NCBI GenBank assembly: GCA_037379345.1
Contig: CM074514.1
Coordinates: 14,136,001-14,200,000 of the forward strand
From: Perna viridis
Lineage: Eukaryota
Direction of reading: 5' to 3'
Length of the DNA: 64,000 nt
Each line of letters begins with the position of its first letter. The stretch's first letter is position 1. Positions 29,801 to 44,800 of the stretch are shown here, in pieces. A model generated the notes under the pieces. It saw nothing but the letters and a program-made list of their open reading frames with translations, was not told the DNA's origin and did no database searches. The position numbers were made by a program, and so were the translations under genes.

Positions 29801-32800
29801 CTCATTGTTGTATTTAAAATGTTGATTTATGGTTCCATTAAAGTTAGTCAAAAATGGTTTTAAAATAAAACTGCTGGATTTAAAATAAAGGGAGTTTTCA
29901 ACATACATCATGTACTGAATCTAAGCATACGTTAGTTTCTTGATATAAGATATTGGCAGTTGGTCAAATGATCTCTATAAAGCATTTAAAAATGTAAAAG
30001 AAACTACATTATATACTCAGTCTTAAAGATAAAAGATTGCTATGTATTGAGTGTGTTAGCTGGAAGCTCAGTGACCTGAAAAAGTCAGTTTCTTTAGCTC
30101 AGAACCCTACAGATTCATATGATTTCTGTAGTTAGCAATTTATGTGTAAAATGGAAGCATGTATGTGCCAGCAAAACATGAACTATGCCTTCATTTCAAT
30201 TTGAGATGGGACAAGAAATGTTTTTATCAGATATTTGTACACTGCTAACATTGTTCAAGTATTTAATTTCAATTTAAAGAATCAGACAAAAGCAATGTGG
30301 ATATTTATACTAAAAGTATTTCTATTTTCCCTAACCATTCCTTGTTTTTTTAAATAGCACCAAAAGAAATTTATGAATGGATTTTTGATTTATATGCTAT
30401 AGAATGAGGGTAAGTGATGTTTTGGAAAGCAGTTCCAGAGAATAATTGGTAATTTTCGAAAATTTAATAAAAAGTTGGCCACTAAGTGGTGCTGCCCGGC
30501 TTAAACTACAATCTAAATTCTTGTCCATAGTATTGTAGTAGACAACTGTACATATTTGGCTAGTTTATAGTACTAAAAATCTCACATTTTCTCCTCTCTG
30601 AGATATGAAATATCTATTGAAAGATAATTGGCCATAATGTCACCTCTTGAAGATACCAAAATAACTTTTAAAGATAACAGTAATATTCAGTAGTATCCAA
30701 TGCCAAACACATTATTTTACCTGGGATTAAATGGACTATTTATTGGGTGATAATTGTTTCAGAATTATGGTTGAACTGTTTGATCAAGTTTCTTAAGGTC
30801 AATATTTGATTACAATTGGGGAAAGGATAAGTCAGAGGCTATCACAGGTTCCATAATGGGGCTCAAATATTTAAACTTCACGTTTATCTAGAAAAGTTTT
30901 CCACCAACTTTTGTTCAATAATGGTTAGTATGTTTACCTCTCTAGACAATCAATATCATTATTGACGAAAATTGTCTTAATTGACCAATTAACCTGTTAA
31001 AAGAGTTGGAAAATCAGAACCATCCGTTAGAAGGTTAATGTCAGGCTGAATTGATTTTTGAATTATTTTATGCCCTCCAATTTGGCATAAATGACCAATT
31101 GATCAATTAAAAGTGATATTCATTAGTAACAAACTTTGTTCTGCTTCTACCTGTAAAAAACAACAACAAATGTTAACTTACCACTTACAATTTCAAACTG
31201 TATCAAATGACAGACACCCTACATCTACCTTTAAAACTTCTACGTCCGGTTATACCCTATCAACAATACCTAGTGCCATGACAACACACTACCCATAAGG
31301 CCGTTGTCCCAATGAATTGATCTATAGGTAAAGCTACGTAGAAGTTCATATTGTTGATTGCTTCATTGGTCATTTAAAGTTACTCTGTTACGTTTCATAT
31401 TGCAGATCTTTGAAGTATAATATTTAAACTAACTGTTTAGTTTAAGAAAATTATATTAGTTCCATTGTCTTGTTTTTCAATTATCTTAGATTTAAATAAT
31501 TTTATCTTCAAACCATCTGTGTTGTATACTTGATATTTTATTAAAAGTACTTTCCGTTTAACAGATTTAAGTTAGGAAAATGAGGATTAGTATTTTATAT
31601 TCGGGGGTATTCATTCGTGTTAAATTATGGAAGTGATTATGTCATGGAATACCTGAGATAAACAGAAGTGAGAAAACTTGATGATTGAAAGGTGTATAGA
31701 CAGGAAGATTTAACATTATTTACATTTTAATGACTTTCAATTTCAAGTGAAGTCTTGAGACATCTGTTTACATACCGTGCTTGGATCCTAAATGCACATG
31801 TCTCTGAATTTAACAACTAATTTTTTTAGAGATGAATATTTGGTGTCAAAAAATTTTAATTGATATTGGATTGAAAAGTGTTTGTAAAAGGGAAAAAAAT
31901 AAAAAATGGCCTTGATAAATATTCTTTGAGAAATCTATTACATGTAATTAGAATTGTTAACAACATACCAGTATTCTGTATAAATTTCATAACTAATACT
32001 GTAAAAGTATTTATTTGCAGGATGTACTAGGTGTCACCATTTTCTCAGTGATCATAAAAGTGTGGAAAAAAGTACCTGTGAAATTCATTTTCAACACTAT
32101 ATGATCAATTTCCTTTTTTTAAGAGTCCTCAATGATTGATACCCATGAATATGCTCACTTAACAGAATCAGTGAAAATTAGCATTATGAAATTAATAAAT
32201 TAAGCAAAACACAAATACCCTATATCACACTGACAGTAATTTGAGGTGTTTTATGTGTTAAAGTTTGAAGAATTCGGTAGTAGATAGACCTTTACTATCT
32301 ATATACCTATGAAATAAAAGAACATTTGAGTTCCATAAATGTGGAATTTAGTGAAATGCCTTTACAGCATCCTATTTTATAAAGTTTTTGGTGACCTGGA
32401 ATGAATATGATACTTTGAATGAAATACCTTGATTAAATTCAAAATAAAAAAAAAAGATATTGTAACAGTGTCAGACAATCCATAATTGATGATCAAAGCC
32501 TGAAATAAAAAAATAAGATAGATTGTGTTCTGATAAGGATGTGTTTCAGGCTAACTGCAGCAATTGATTTCAAGTGAAAAAAGGAATTGATTATTCAAAT
32601 TTGTAGTAACTGCCCTTGTAAGGACTCCTGCATTTGAAGAATTACTCAGACTTATTAGTGCAAATAAATGTGAAAAGTGTTTATGCACGTAAATTGTCTA
32701 ATTATGAAGGTGTGTCATCTCTAAACATTGCCTATGGTGGTAATAATATCAGTGAAACATGACAGAAAATCATGGATATTAGTGGTAAACATTTTTGTAC

Positions 32801-35800
32801 TTTCATCCAAATTCACCATGAGTTGGTAAAAAATTTTAATTCTAAGTACAGCACTATCCAATGATATTTACCTATGAGAAAATTTCAATGTTTTCATTGC
32901 AAACTCCTAAAAGGCCTTAGAGGTTATTTCCATTTTCACATAATTAGGAATTGGAAAAACCTTTCGTAGGCTTCGTTTTGAAATTAACAGATAAAAAAAT
33001 TAATGGTTTACAATTTCAAACATTAACCCATTTTATTAGTGTACAAAAACAAGTAGAATTTGATATTAATGTCATGATGAAAACATAATACAAAAAAAAC
33101 TTTCTGCTATAAAGAAATCTTGAAAACCTTTCTTGTATTCAAACTAAGTTAGACAAATAGTTTACTCTACAAATGTTATACAAGTCATTTTTGTGTGAAA
33201 TTTTATGATCCTTGCATGACAATTATTTAGACTAGTTAGCTTATTAAAAGCTGTAATGATCTGAAATTAACAAGCAGGTAACACAGTTAACACCTGAGTT
33301 TTATTGATTAATTCTTTCTCTAACAACTGTCACAAAAATCCCACCACATTAAATTTTTACAGGAAAACTATTAAACACCAGATATTCCTTGAATAATTAA
33401 TCTTGTTGGTTAGGTTAGTATACAGAGACAGGCTATGGTAACCTTGTGGGTACCTTTATCTATGGTAATAGTATAATTCTCTCCAGTGCAGTTCAATTAT
33501 GTTTCAGAACATTGCACCTGTGACAAGCATGAAAAAGTTCTAATTATTTATGACTTCATTTAAATCTATTGTTATAGAATTCTCATTTAATTTCATTGAG
33601 AAATTCTTTGTGGGTTCTATGACATTTGTAAGATTTCATGATAGTCTTATCAATGTAAAAGATAATAGGTCAGTTATCAAGAGCATTAATAAAAAAAAAA
33701 CTAATAGAAAATATTGGTGATAAAAAAGCTACATGGGGTATTATATAATTAGGAACAATTATGACAAGGTGATAATTTTGTACCAGTTTCCAGTACCAGT
33801 TACAATGTACTCCTATTTTGTATTGTGATCTCAGTTGTTATAGGAAAGTGATTTAAATGAAAATAATTTCACTTATGTTCCATTCAAGCACTCTGTCGGT
33901 GAACATCCTTAGTTTGTCATGCATATTTGACTTTCAAAGCAACATCCTTCAAAATCAGACTTCGACATTTACCTTCTTATATTTCTGTAATCTATTTGGA
34001 ATTAATGAAACCCATTGATACAAGTTATTCTTTTATCTCCAATGTTCATTTTGTATTAAACAATTTTTCACTGACATTTCAGTTTTACTTCTCTATTGCT
34101 TTGGACTACTTGAAATCTTCACTTTTAGCATCAGAGCATATTGCAGTAGTCACATGAAAGTGTGATTGCTTCTTTCATTTCATGACAGTTGAGTTTTACA
34201 ATGATAAGGACTATTATTTTACCACAATGTATACCATCATGTAGAATGTAAAAGTTGTAACCAGTAAGTAGGAGAGAATTGTTATTCAGACAAGAATTTG
34301 AATGTTGGCCTATTGCCACAGTTGAGGTGTCTGGTTTCTATGTTGTATTAGGTATCAAGCTGGCCAACCCTGGTATACTATTAGGCTTACATTTCTTTTA
34401 AGTTCAGGTTTAAGGTCACAGCCTTTGTAAACTGCAAAATCTTATTACAGATTAGTAAAAGGACATTTCTTTTAATTTCATATAATTTGTAATTAAATGG
34501 TTCATGCAAAGGGATCAAAATTAATCCTAAAGGTTTAATCTGCTTTATGATGATCTATTGATACAATAAAACAATAATAACCAGCCATGACTGTAAGAGA
34601 GTAATCAAGGGAACCAAGATTATAGCAGAAATCAAAAGAATGTAATCCAGGGACAAAGACCAGACATGGAAAACAGACATACCCAACAAAGAACATAAAG
34701 TAACTAAAATCATACATACAAAGTAACAAAAGCAAATGAGCAACTCAGACTCCACTAAAAACTGGGAGCATGGACCAGATGCACCGGGATTAAATTGGGA
34801 TTAAACATTTTATTTTCTATAGAACTTTTTACTGTGAGTTAAATTTCTGGTATCTATTCCAACTAATGATCCTTTCCTTGTCCTGGGAAAAATTTCTAGA
34901 ATGGTTCAAGGTGAACTATGCCTTAACTGTATTACTTGACTCTAATGAATGACATATCAGGCATTGTGTGGAACACTTACCCTCCAACTATTACAATATG
35001 TATAGTCATATGACTAAAAAAAAAACATATACTTTGATACTTGTAAGAATTACAAGCCGTTATTCATGGTTGTGCTTTGAAATAGAAAATAACTTGTCTC
35101 AAGGAGCTGAAAGTAGTTTCTCACCTTTGCAATGGTAAAATTTGATATTTGAATCCACTTCAAAATTTTTCTTTTATGAAAGAAATAATACCTGAAGATT
35201 TACATTTTGACAGCCCTTTAATGTCTATGTCATACCTGTGTATCTGAAAAATAAATCATTCTATGTTTATCTTAACCTGAATATTACGTTAATCCTCACC
35301 TTTTTGAGGTCAAATGTCATTTGACGGTAGCTAATCAACTTGCTTAACTACTATTATGAAAGATTTAGGTCCTTTTGTGTTGCTTATTTAACATCATTAA
35401 ATAAGCATAGAATGAAAACTAATAAATGGCTATCCAGATTGAATAGTCGCTTTTTGTTGTTTGTTTTTTAGCTGATAAAAAGAAGAATCTCTGTTAAGAA
35501 GATTGATATTCATTTGATAACAGACCATTTAAATAAATTCTTCAAAATGTAAAGTGTATACCTTTTTTGGTTAATTAAAGGTATGATAGATAGGTAAGGT
35601 GTTTGTGATTGTGCTGATATGGAAATCTTTTAGAGGTTCACACCATGTCTAGCGGGGCTGTAAACGATTCAAACCATGTCTGTGGAAGCTGTCAAGGATA
35701 GAATCATCCATTTATTTTATGGCTACGAGATTTGGAATTTATTATTAACAATTTTATCAGTGGTTTTAAGGGTTGAAAAATGATAAGATATCGAATTCTA

Positions 35801-38800
35801 TTCAAAGATTTCAAGAAAATCATGAAATAAACCACTTACAGAACCTTTGTCATTGAAAGAAAATATTAACTTCAATGCAAATATTCAGGAATAGAATGGG
35901 TATGGAGTACCCTGTTTTTTGTCCCGACTAGATAAATCAGTGCTTTGAAGTGTGAATGGTGTGTAAAGTGTAGACAGGGTGGATCAATGGTGAGCATCCT
36001 TCAGAAAAATTGACTGAAGTAATGCTATAGTAGTATAGATGACAACATCAAAGTTTTCCTAAGTCCTTAATTGTATTCTGCCAGTTATGCTTACCTGTGT
36101 AGAACTGGAAAGTAAAATAACCAAACCAACAATCAAAACAAATATGAATTTGTCAAACTACAATGTCCTATAGCTAGGCCACAAAAATAACCAACCACTG
36201 AAAATTGTTCTGCAAATTATAAATCATGAAATGAAGTCAGTATCATAACCTGTAACACTATCAGACCAGAATCAGGAAGGATTGAATATTTCCATTTTAG
36301 TTGTTGTTTATTATGAAAATGGGGGGGGGTAAGTTATATGGTAGCTTTAGTCCTTTTCAGTATAGTGCCTTGTGTCTTATTAGTAACAGAATACTGATTT
36401 CTTTCAACAATATAGACTAATAGACTAAAAATTATGAAGTATTTATTGGTAATCAACAGTAAATTCGGTCTTGTGACCTGCCAAGGGAAAGCAAAATTAT
36501 GGTCACCTATGACAGGTGGTCTTTATATATAGGTTAATTTTACATATTATGGACATATAGAGATAGTATGATGAATACAGATAGTCACGAAGACAGCTCT
36601 GACTGTACCATATTTTGAGGATGTAATTAAGCCAAATCTTGTAAGATACATCGTTCATACGTTATGACTAGTATACGATATAATGAAGTTGACAGTCTGA
36701 TTTTGTGTCTAATTTCCACAAGAGGTACTCAAAAGTTCACACATGAATCAAATATTTGCATTCACTTAATCTTATAATACAAACATGGACTGTTAAGGAC
36801 AAATTTTATCAATTAAGTGGCAATTTATATTGTACATGGTTCAAACAATGCTAAATATGTATGCTTTTGAATTTTAGCTAATTTGTTATTCAGAGTTGCC
36901 AAAGGAATTCTATCTTTCCAGCTTTTGTTAATATTTGAATTCTTCTTCCATGTTGTCTACTATCTTGAGGTATTATAATTTATGCCATATCAGTCTGATC
37001 TGTTAATTCATGTATATACTTATTTTGTCTGCCATACCTCATATTAAGATTTGCCTTATATATTAAAGTCACATTATCATTATGATATGAAATATATGCT
37101 GTTCATGAGAAGCAGGTATCAGTTTATTAGGAAATCATATTTGAATTGATGATATGATGCTTTGTGCCATGCAGAGTACCAGTATAATTCCTTCTTTTTA
37201 AGGCCACTTTTAAGCAAAAGCATGTTTTAATAAGCCTTTGATCCATTAAATTGTTTGATATAAAAATATTGATTTAAATTTTCCCATTTTACCAGTAGTT
37301 AATGTACATGTTGACAAGAAAGCTTATCCATTCTTATATATAGTGTATACATTTTTGATATGTAAATTACCCCCTTTAAACAAATTTGGTGTTTGGTTCC
37401 AGTAGACTTGAGACATTAGCTCACACACGTATATCAATAAATAATAATTCTTTTATATAGTATTCTTTACTGCCCATCAATGTGAAAATTGTGTATTATT
37501 CCTGCTAAATGTAAGGTGGTGACTTTATTCCACTGATATCAGTATATATATAAGTAGGGTTTTGATTTGAAATTTGTGTTTTATGTCAGCAAGGACAGTA
37601 AAATGATAGGATTCGTGTGGGAGGCAAATTGGATAATAACTCTTGCATCAATGACCTAAATAGAAAGAGTTTTTTGATCATGGAAGAATTTTTGATTAAA
37701 TATTCTTTCATTGCAATAGGAAATGGATGTTTAACTACTTGTGATAATCAGAGTGTGAATTTACTGTTCAAAGTTTTTCCCCATCTCTCTTTGTAATTTG
37801 CTTCTTCACCTTTTTACTCCTAGTCATACCAGGAATATTTTCCATTTGGTATTAGAAATGATTCCTTTTAACCCATGAATTTCATTGGTATTGCCACCTG
37901 ACATTTATATATGTTTACAATGTATAGTTTTTTAATCCTTTTAAGATATGCTTTATACCAATATATGGATTATAAAGTGTCATCTGGATTTAAAACTATT
38001 TATGACACTCTTGTCTCGTTCTATGTAATATATCCCATTTCAAACAAATTCTACTGTATTCAAATATGACTTCAGTCTAGATTTTTTTGTACATGTAATT
38101 GGAATCTCAGGATAATGGAGCATCTAAAGAAGGATTCAAACACAATTTGCTGTAGAAGATTTATGATTTCTTTCATTTATTGAGAAATTATTTCAAGGCA
38201 AATAGCATAATGACATATTTGCTGAAAAAAATGACTGTAAGAACCCACAGGCAACAACTTATCCAAAGATAAGGGGTCCATGATATTCTGTCACACTGGC
38301 CAAAATATGTCTCCTGCAGTCTCCATCAAAAGAGAAACTGGTAAGGGATCCATGATATTCTGTCACACAGGCCAGTGTACACGTCTCCTGCAGTCTCCAT
38401 CAATAGGGAAACTGATACAGGGTCCATGATACTCTGTCACACTGGCCAATATACATGTCTCCTGCAGTCTCCATCAAAAAAGAAACTAATACAGGGTCCA
38501 TGATATTCTGTCTCACAGGCCAGTATACATGTTTCCTGCAGTCTCCATCAATATGGAAACTGATACGAGGTCCATGATATTCTGTCACACAGGCCAATAT
38601 ACATGTCTCCAGCAGTCTTCATAAAAAGAAACTAATACAGGGTCCATGATATTCTGTCACACAGGCCAATGTATGTTTCCTGCTGTCTCCATCAGAAGAG
38701 AAACTGGTATGAGGTCACTGATATTTTGTCACATAGGCCAATATATTTCACCTGCAGTCTCTATCAAAAAAGATAATGGTATGGAGTCCATGATAGTCTG

Positions 38801-41800
38801 TCACACAGGCCAATATATGTTTCCTGCAGTCTTCATCAAAAGAGATAATGGTATGGGGTCCATGACAGTCTGTCACACAGGCCCATATATGTTTCCTAGT
38901 CTTCATCAAAAGAGATAATGGTATGGGGTCCATGATAGTTTGTCACACTGGACCATAAATGTTTCCTGCAGTCTTCATCAATAGAGATAAAGGGTTTATG
39001 CAAGTCTTTCACAAAGGACCATACTTTGGTATATGTCTCCTGCAGTCTTCATCAAAAGAGATAAAGGGTTTATGTAAGTCTTTCACACAGGACCATACAT
39101 TGGTGTATGTCTCCTGCAGTCTCAATCAAAAGAGATATGGTGTCTATCACAAAGGGCAAAATATGCCTTCTGCAGTCTCCATCTTTTTTGTCTTTTTTCA
39201 TTTTGTTAAATTCATAATTGTTTTACAGTTTTTGAATAGACTAGGTTTTGTAAATTGTTTTAAATTGTCTATATATAACACAAGTTAAGTCAACTTTTTC
39301 TTAGGCCAAAAAATATGATAGTCTTGTTTCCTGCTATACCAGCAAGAAAAAAAAAAGGATAGGTAGGTAAGGAAATTATTTTGTTTTTCAAAAAAATTTA
39401 CATTGAGTTAATGGGAAAACAATCTAGATTTTAATGGTGTTTGAGCCAAAATGACCATAAAATGTTTAGGGTAGGTAGGGTAGCAGGAAACAGGCATATT
39501 TTTTTGCCTTAGCTGCATTACTGTGCTGTATACTTGATGTTAATGTTTCAAATAAAGCATGACCTCAGTGTCAACATTTTTCCTTTGGTCTCCCAATCAA
39601 AAAATGAGTAACTTAGCTCAAACTTAATTTAAATACTTTTACTGTTTTACACATACTTACTTTTCACATTGTATACTTTCTGTTTCAGATCGGTGTTTTA
39701 GATGTAGATATTTGTGGTCCATCTCTGCCCAAGATACTAGGAGCAGAAGGAGAGCAGGTAACATGTAAACATTTTCAAACTTTTTTTTTTATGGCCAGAC
39801 TCTTGTTTCATGACAAAATATTCTTATAAGTCAGGGTAGATTTTCCTCCATACAATAGTAAAAGCTTCTTTTATCTTCTGTATAACATTGAATGGATGGG
39901 ATGCAACCATGGTTGAAAATCAGAAAAATTTAACATTATTTTTACATTTTGTCTTGCCTCCACTCTTATGCCTGATTTGCAGACTGTTAATATTTCAAAA
40001 CCTTTAATGCAATATTGAGTGTTATTGAATTATACAAAGAAATGAATAGAATGAATGCTCTTTCGTTGAAAGGAAATATGCATTGTGGGAGGTGTTTTCC
40101 CTATCTGCCAATGTAAGATTATTGATTTTTCTTCTTGACAACAGTATTACCTATTCTTATTGAAATTTTCCTATAGAGTTTTAATTGACAAAGATATTAG
40201 ACAAGTATTGCATTGGATTTAAACTTATACACATAAGAATTTAATCTTGAATTTTGTCAAACAACCCCATATGATGTTGGATTTTATATGGATTATTTAA
40301 AGTCATATTTAGTATCCTACAAATTTCTTAGTGCTTAGGTTCTTATATGTTATTGTCAAAATATTTTATTCCAAATTATGTTTAAATTGTGTTTTATTAA
40401 AATAAGTTAAGAATGATCTCTTATTAGCTGGAAGTATTCTTCAGTAAACATGCCAGTAATTTTTGATAAAAAAAACATTTCCACCTTGAAATTATGAGAT
40501 TTAGAAGTGATTTGTGAACAGTAACTTTTTCTGAAAAAAAAAGAAGAATTTTAAAAAATAATAAAAAAACATTAAGAGCTAAGTCGATTTTGCATAAGGA
40601 TATAGTGAGTCTTCCATATATTTAGATGAATAAAGGTTGAAAAAGAGTTATTTCTTGGTAAATAATTTTTATAATTGCAGGTACATCAAAGTGGTTCAGG
40701 ATGGTCTCCTATAGTAAGTATACAGGCATTGATTGTCAGTGAATTGTAAAATTACAAGCTGTTACATTTCAACCTTGCTTCTACTGATAGATTGAGGGTA
40801 TCATACTGTTTTACCCTTGTCTTTCCGTCTGTCAGTCTGTTGCTTATTTTGTAACAGTTTCCTTTTCAACATACTTGTCTTATTCACTTGATATGTTGAC
40901 ACCATCCTATTATAGATGCACTATATTTCATTCTACGGTGTCAACTCCCTGTTTGACAGCTCAGTTATATTTTGACCATACAAAAGTATTACAAGTAGGA
41001 ATTGGCTCTCATATATTACTTTTGATAAAATGATAGGAAAAATGGTGAAATGATTAATTTTTATATACCAGGTACTACTGCAAAGTAAAATTATTACAAT
41101 CTCATTCTTTGACTGGTAGTAATTGTGCATATACAATACCTGACCAGTGTAGATAGTTTCTTAAGCTGTTTAAACCAGAAAGTTCAAGAAGTTTTTTTGT
41201 TCAATAACTATCATTACCTCAGGCTAGGGACAAACTGGAATGAAGGTTAAACTACCAGTACTATCACAGTGCAAATAGGTTTCAGGGCAAAATGGTCTTG
41301 ATTGGTTTATTGCTGTTTTTTTCTTATGTATTACAGTTTTAATGCTTTGGTTATCATATATACAAGTCCAATTAAAACTTAAACATTTGACAATGGATAT
41401 CCTGTAATGACATTTTCCAGAGCACCTCAGAGATTTACATAGAAAAGTCTGTTGAAAATTATTCCAGAAAGTGAAAATCTTGGCCATCAATATTTCTTGA
41501 CATAATACATTTCTCATTCCTTTTGATTTTGCACTTAGATAAATTAGAAAGTTTCGATAGAATAATTTTATAGCTAAGGTCCATTAATATTTATAACCTT
41601 TAATGTAGATTGCTTTTTAACTAAATTCAATGACAAGGATTGACACATAATAAACAATAAGTTTTGTATCGGAATATCAGAGTATTCCATGTTCAAGATG
41701 AGCCACAACTCAAATAGTCTATTCAATTATATCCAAATCTTAGGTATAAGGGAGTCAAATTCTTTACACTTGTGGCTCTGTCCATCTTGTGTAGCATCTG

Positions 41801-44800
41801 CACACTTGCAAAACAATTTCTACAGCAATAAAACAAATGTGTGCTATTTTGACAGTAGCTCTGTATGAGTATACCTTATCATAGCATGTGGTCTCAAAAC
41901 TAGGCAACACCAACTTTCTGCTTGGTAACTGTTCTTGTTCAGACATAAAATTTGTATTACCTAATTTCGTGTCCTACTTATCATCACAGGTTCTTGTCTT
42001 GACTGTAACTTTTTAAGGTATGCCATACAGGTTTTTAGTTCCACTTCCTGTTAAATAATAAGCAGGATAACGTTTAGCTTATAGTAGATCTTGTTTTAGT
42101 AAAACTTGATGTGTGCAGCACTGTGTTGTTGCTAAGTTACTATCAACTAGTAAAAGTAATGGTATTACTCCCTTGATAATTTATAATTCTATCATGGTAA
42201 ACATGGATTGTTTTGTCAACCATAGCCTAGGTATGGGTAAACATATATAAGGTACCTTTATGTCAATGATAGTGCATGAAAAAAATGATTTTTTATTAAT
42301 TACATGACAAAACTGATTATAATTCAAACAAAATTACATAAAGTATTATATCAGTGTTTACTATGCAGTATGGATTAACTCACTTTATTTATGGAAAATT
42401 CAATGAAAGAAAGTTCTCAATCAGAAAATGGAACACGATTTCTTGTCCTCACAAACAATGTAAAATGTATCTATTTATAAAGAGGTGGTCTTTTGTTGTT
42501 TTAGCAGTTTCATGTCCTCTCAAGTTTAAACTTTTGCTTTGTAATATTGTACAGATTGATATTTGTCAATGCTTTCATTGCTGTAAAACTTATCGATATT
42601 AAGTAAAAGTGTGAAAAAGAAAGTTTATTTCAGAGAATTAGTTATATTAATGTTTTTGCTAAGAAACAATGAGTCTCTGGTAGCTACTGTTAGCTGCTAT
42701 ATTTGGCAGTATTGTTACTAAAATAAGTGATTTGTGCCTTTTTCATCCAAAAAATGTTTCAAATTTTCAATATTATACTTTTTTTATTTTTAGTATGTAG
42801 AAGACAATCTAGCTGTGATGTCTGTAGGATTTTTATTATCCAGTCCAGAGGAAGCTGTGATATGGAGGGGTCCAAAGAAAAATGGTATTTGTACTCTTAG
42901 TCGAATAAATCATATATAATAAACGTGTGCCAGTTTTTTATACATGTGAATGTTAAAAAAATGACTATGAAATGTTTGAATAGACATGCTCCATCTCATG
43001 AGATATTACAAAAAATATTACAAAAAAATTACATGTCATCAGTCTTTAAAATAAAGTTTTTATAGCAGTGGCCCACTGACCATATTTCAGAATTTTTTGT
43101 GTGTTTTAATTATTTTTATTTGGCCTTTGGTAGACTTGACTCTTAAATACAGCATTTTATGGAAGAAATAGGTACCTACACTTGTCCCTTATAAAGTCAG
43201 AAATTTCTAATACTTATGAGAGAAATTCATAGCCTTTTCACTAATTCTGCCATATTCACTCATGAGAGAATTCTAAAAGCTCGTATAAGAAATCCCAAGT
43301 CTATGCATAAGAACCTATCAGTCTTAGGACTGCTTGTTTGTGTAAGTTGACTCATTTAAAAAAAAATTAGTAAATGATGTTTGATTTGTAAAAGTCTTCT
43401 ATTTGTTTGGTGGTCAAGATAAGATAAGTATATGACACAGACTTAAGGGTAGAATAAAGACTATAGTTATCTGTGTACACGCCCACACCAATGTACTGTC
43501 ATAATGTTGTCATTTTTTTGTTGAACTAAGTCATATTATTACTACAAAGTAAATGTTAAACCTTATAAATTAGACTGTTATACAGCTAAAAAAAAATGAA
43601 ATGAGAAATCTGTCTGCAAGTGTAAAGTACTTTATAATGCTGTCTTCATGAAATGACTATCTTTTAAAAGTTTGAATAGTGAATTTTGGCCTTTGAGTTT
43701 GAGAAAGATTACTTGTTTTATTTGTTGTATAAAATAAAAGACTCACAAAGGCAAAAAAATAGAGGTAAAAGTACTCTTGTATTAACAAATAGTAATGTAC
43801 TATAGAAACATTGAGACATTTATTCAACAAAAAATTCTTATGAGAGGGGATCATCCTGTTTTCAACATGGACGAGTAAAATTCTGATATAGAGAGTACCA
43901 AATATCTATAAATGATTGAAAAGATAATTACAAAAAATATTTCAATTGTATGTGACAGATATAAATAGGATTATCAATTGGGAAGAGTAAATAACCAAAA
44001 TACGATCACAAGTGTCAAAGAACGCCTAGATTAAACAAGTGTGCAAAACTGGTTCCATGCACGATTAAATCTTTATACGTTCTTGGTACAAGTGGTCATA
44101 TTTTGGTTATTCACGATAACCAATTGATTATTCTATTTATATTAAAGAATTCTTCCATTATTCATTGCTATTTTTCATATGAATTTTGAATTTTGTGAAA
44201 GGGCGGATTGATATTTGTGTTGTGATGTTTTATGGCAAAAGTCCAAGATTGAAATTACCAAATTTATTTCACAGTCTGAGTTATCAAAATTTTTTACACC
44301 GGGAACATTTGGTAAATCACTGCTATCTAGATAATAAATTATGTTATGCCACTGTCTGTCTATCTGTCTGTCTATTCACCTGTTATTTCACAAAACAATA
44401 ATGATTGTAAGCTTTACTGTTTAGTTACATACACTACTACTGAATACCTACATTAAAACAATTGCCATAGAGGTGTTAAGTTTTTTCTACCCTGCCACAG
44501 GTAGGTATGAGGTATCATGTGAGGTGATAAGTATTTCTACCCTGTCACAGGTAAGCATGAGGTATTATGTGTAGTGCTAAGTTTTTTCTACCCTGCCACA
44601 GGTAGGCACAAGGTATTATAGAGTAATCAAGGGAACCAAGGTTATAGCGGTAATGAAAAGAATGTAATCCAGGGACAAAGACCAGACGTGGAAAACAGAC
44701 ATACACAACAAAGAACATAAGGTAACTAAAATCATACATACAAAGTAACAAAAGTAAATGAGCAACTCGGACTTTTCTAGAAACACCCGCCGAGTTGCTC

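Noticed and set aside
29421-39688. Nested protein-coding gene in the 10-kb NUBP1 intron 3
   Set aside because: Scattered splice signals exist, but I could not assemble a phase-consistent coding chain on either strand.
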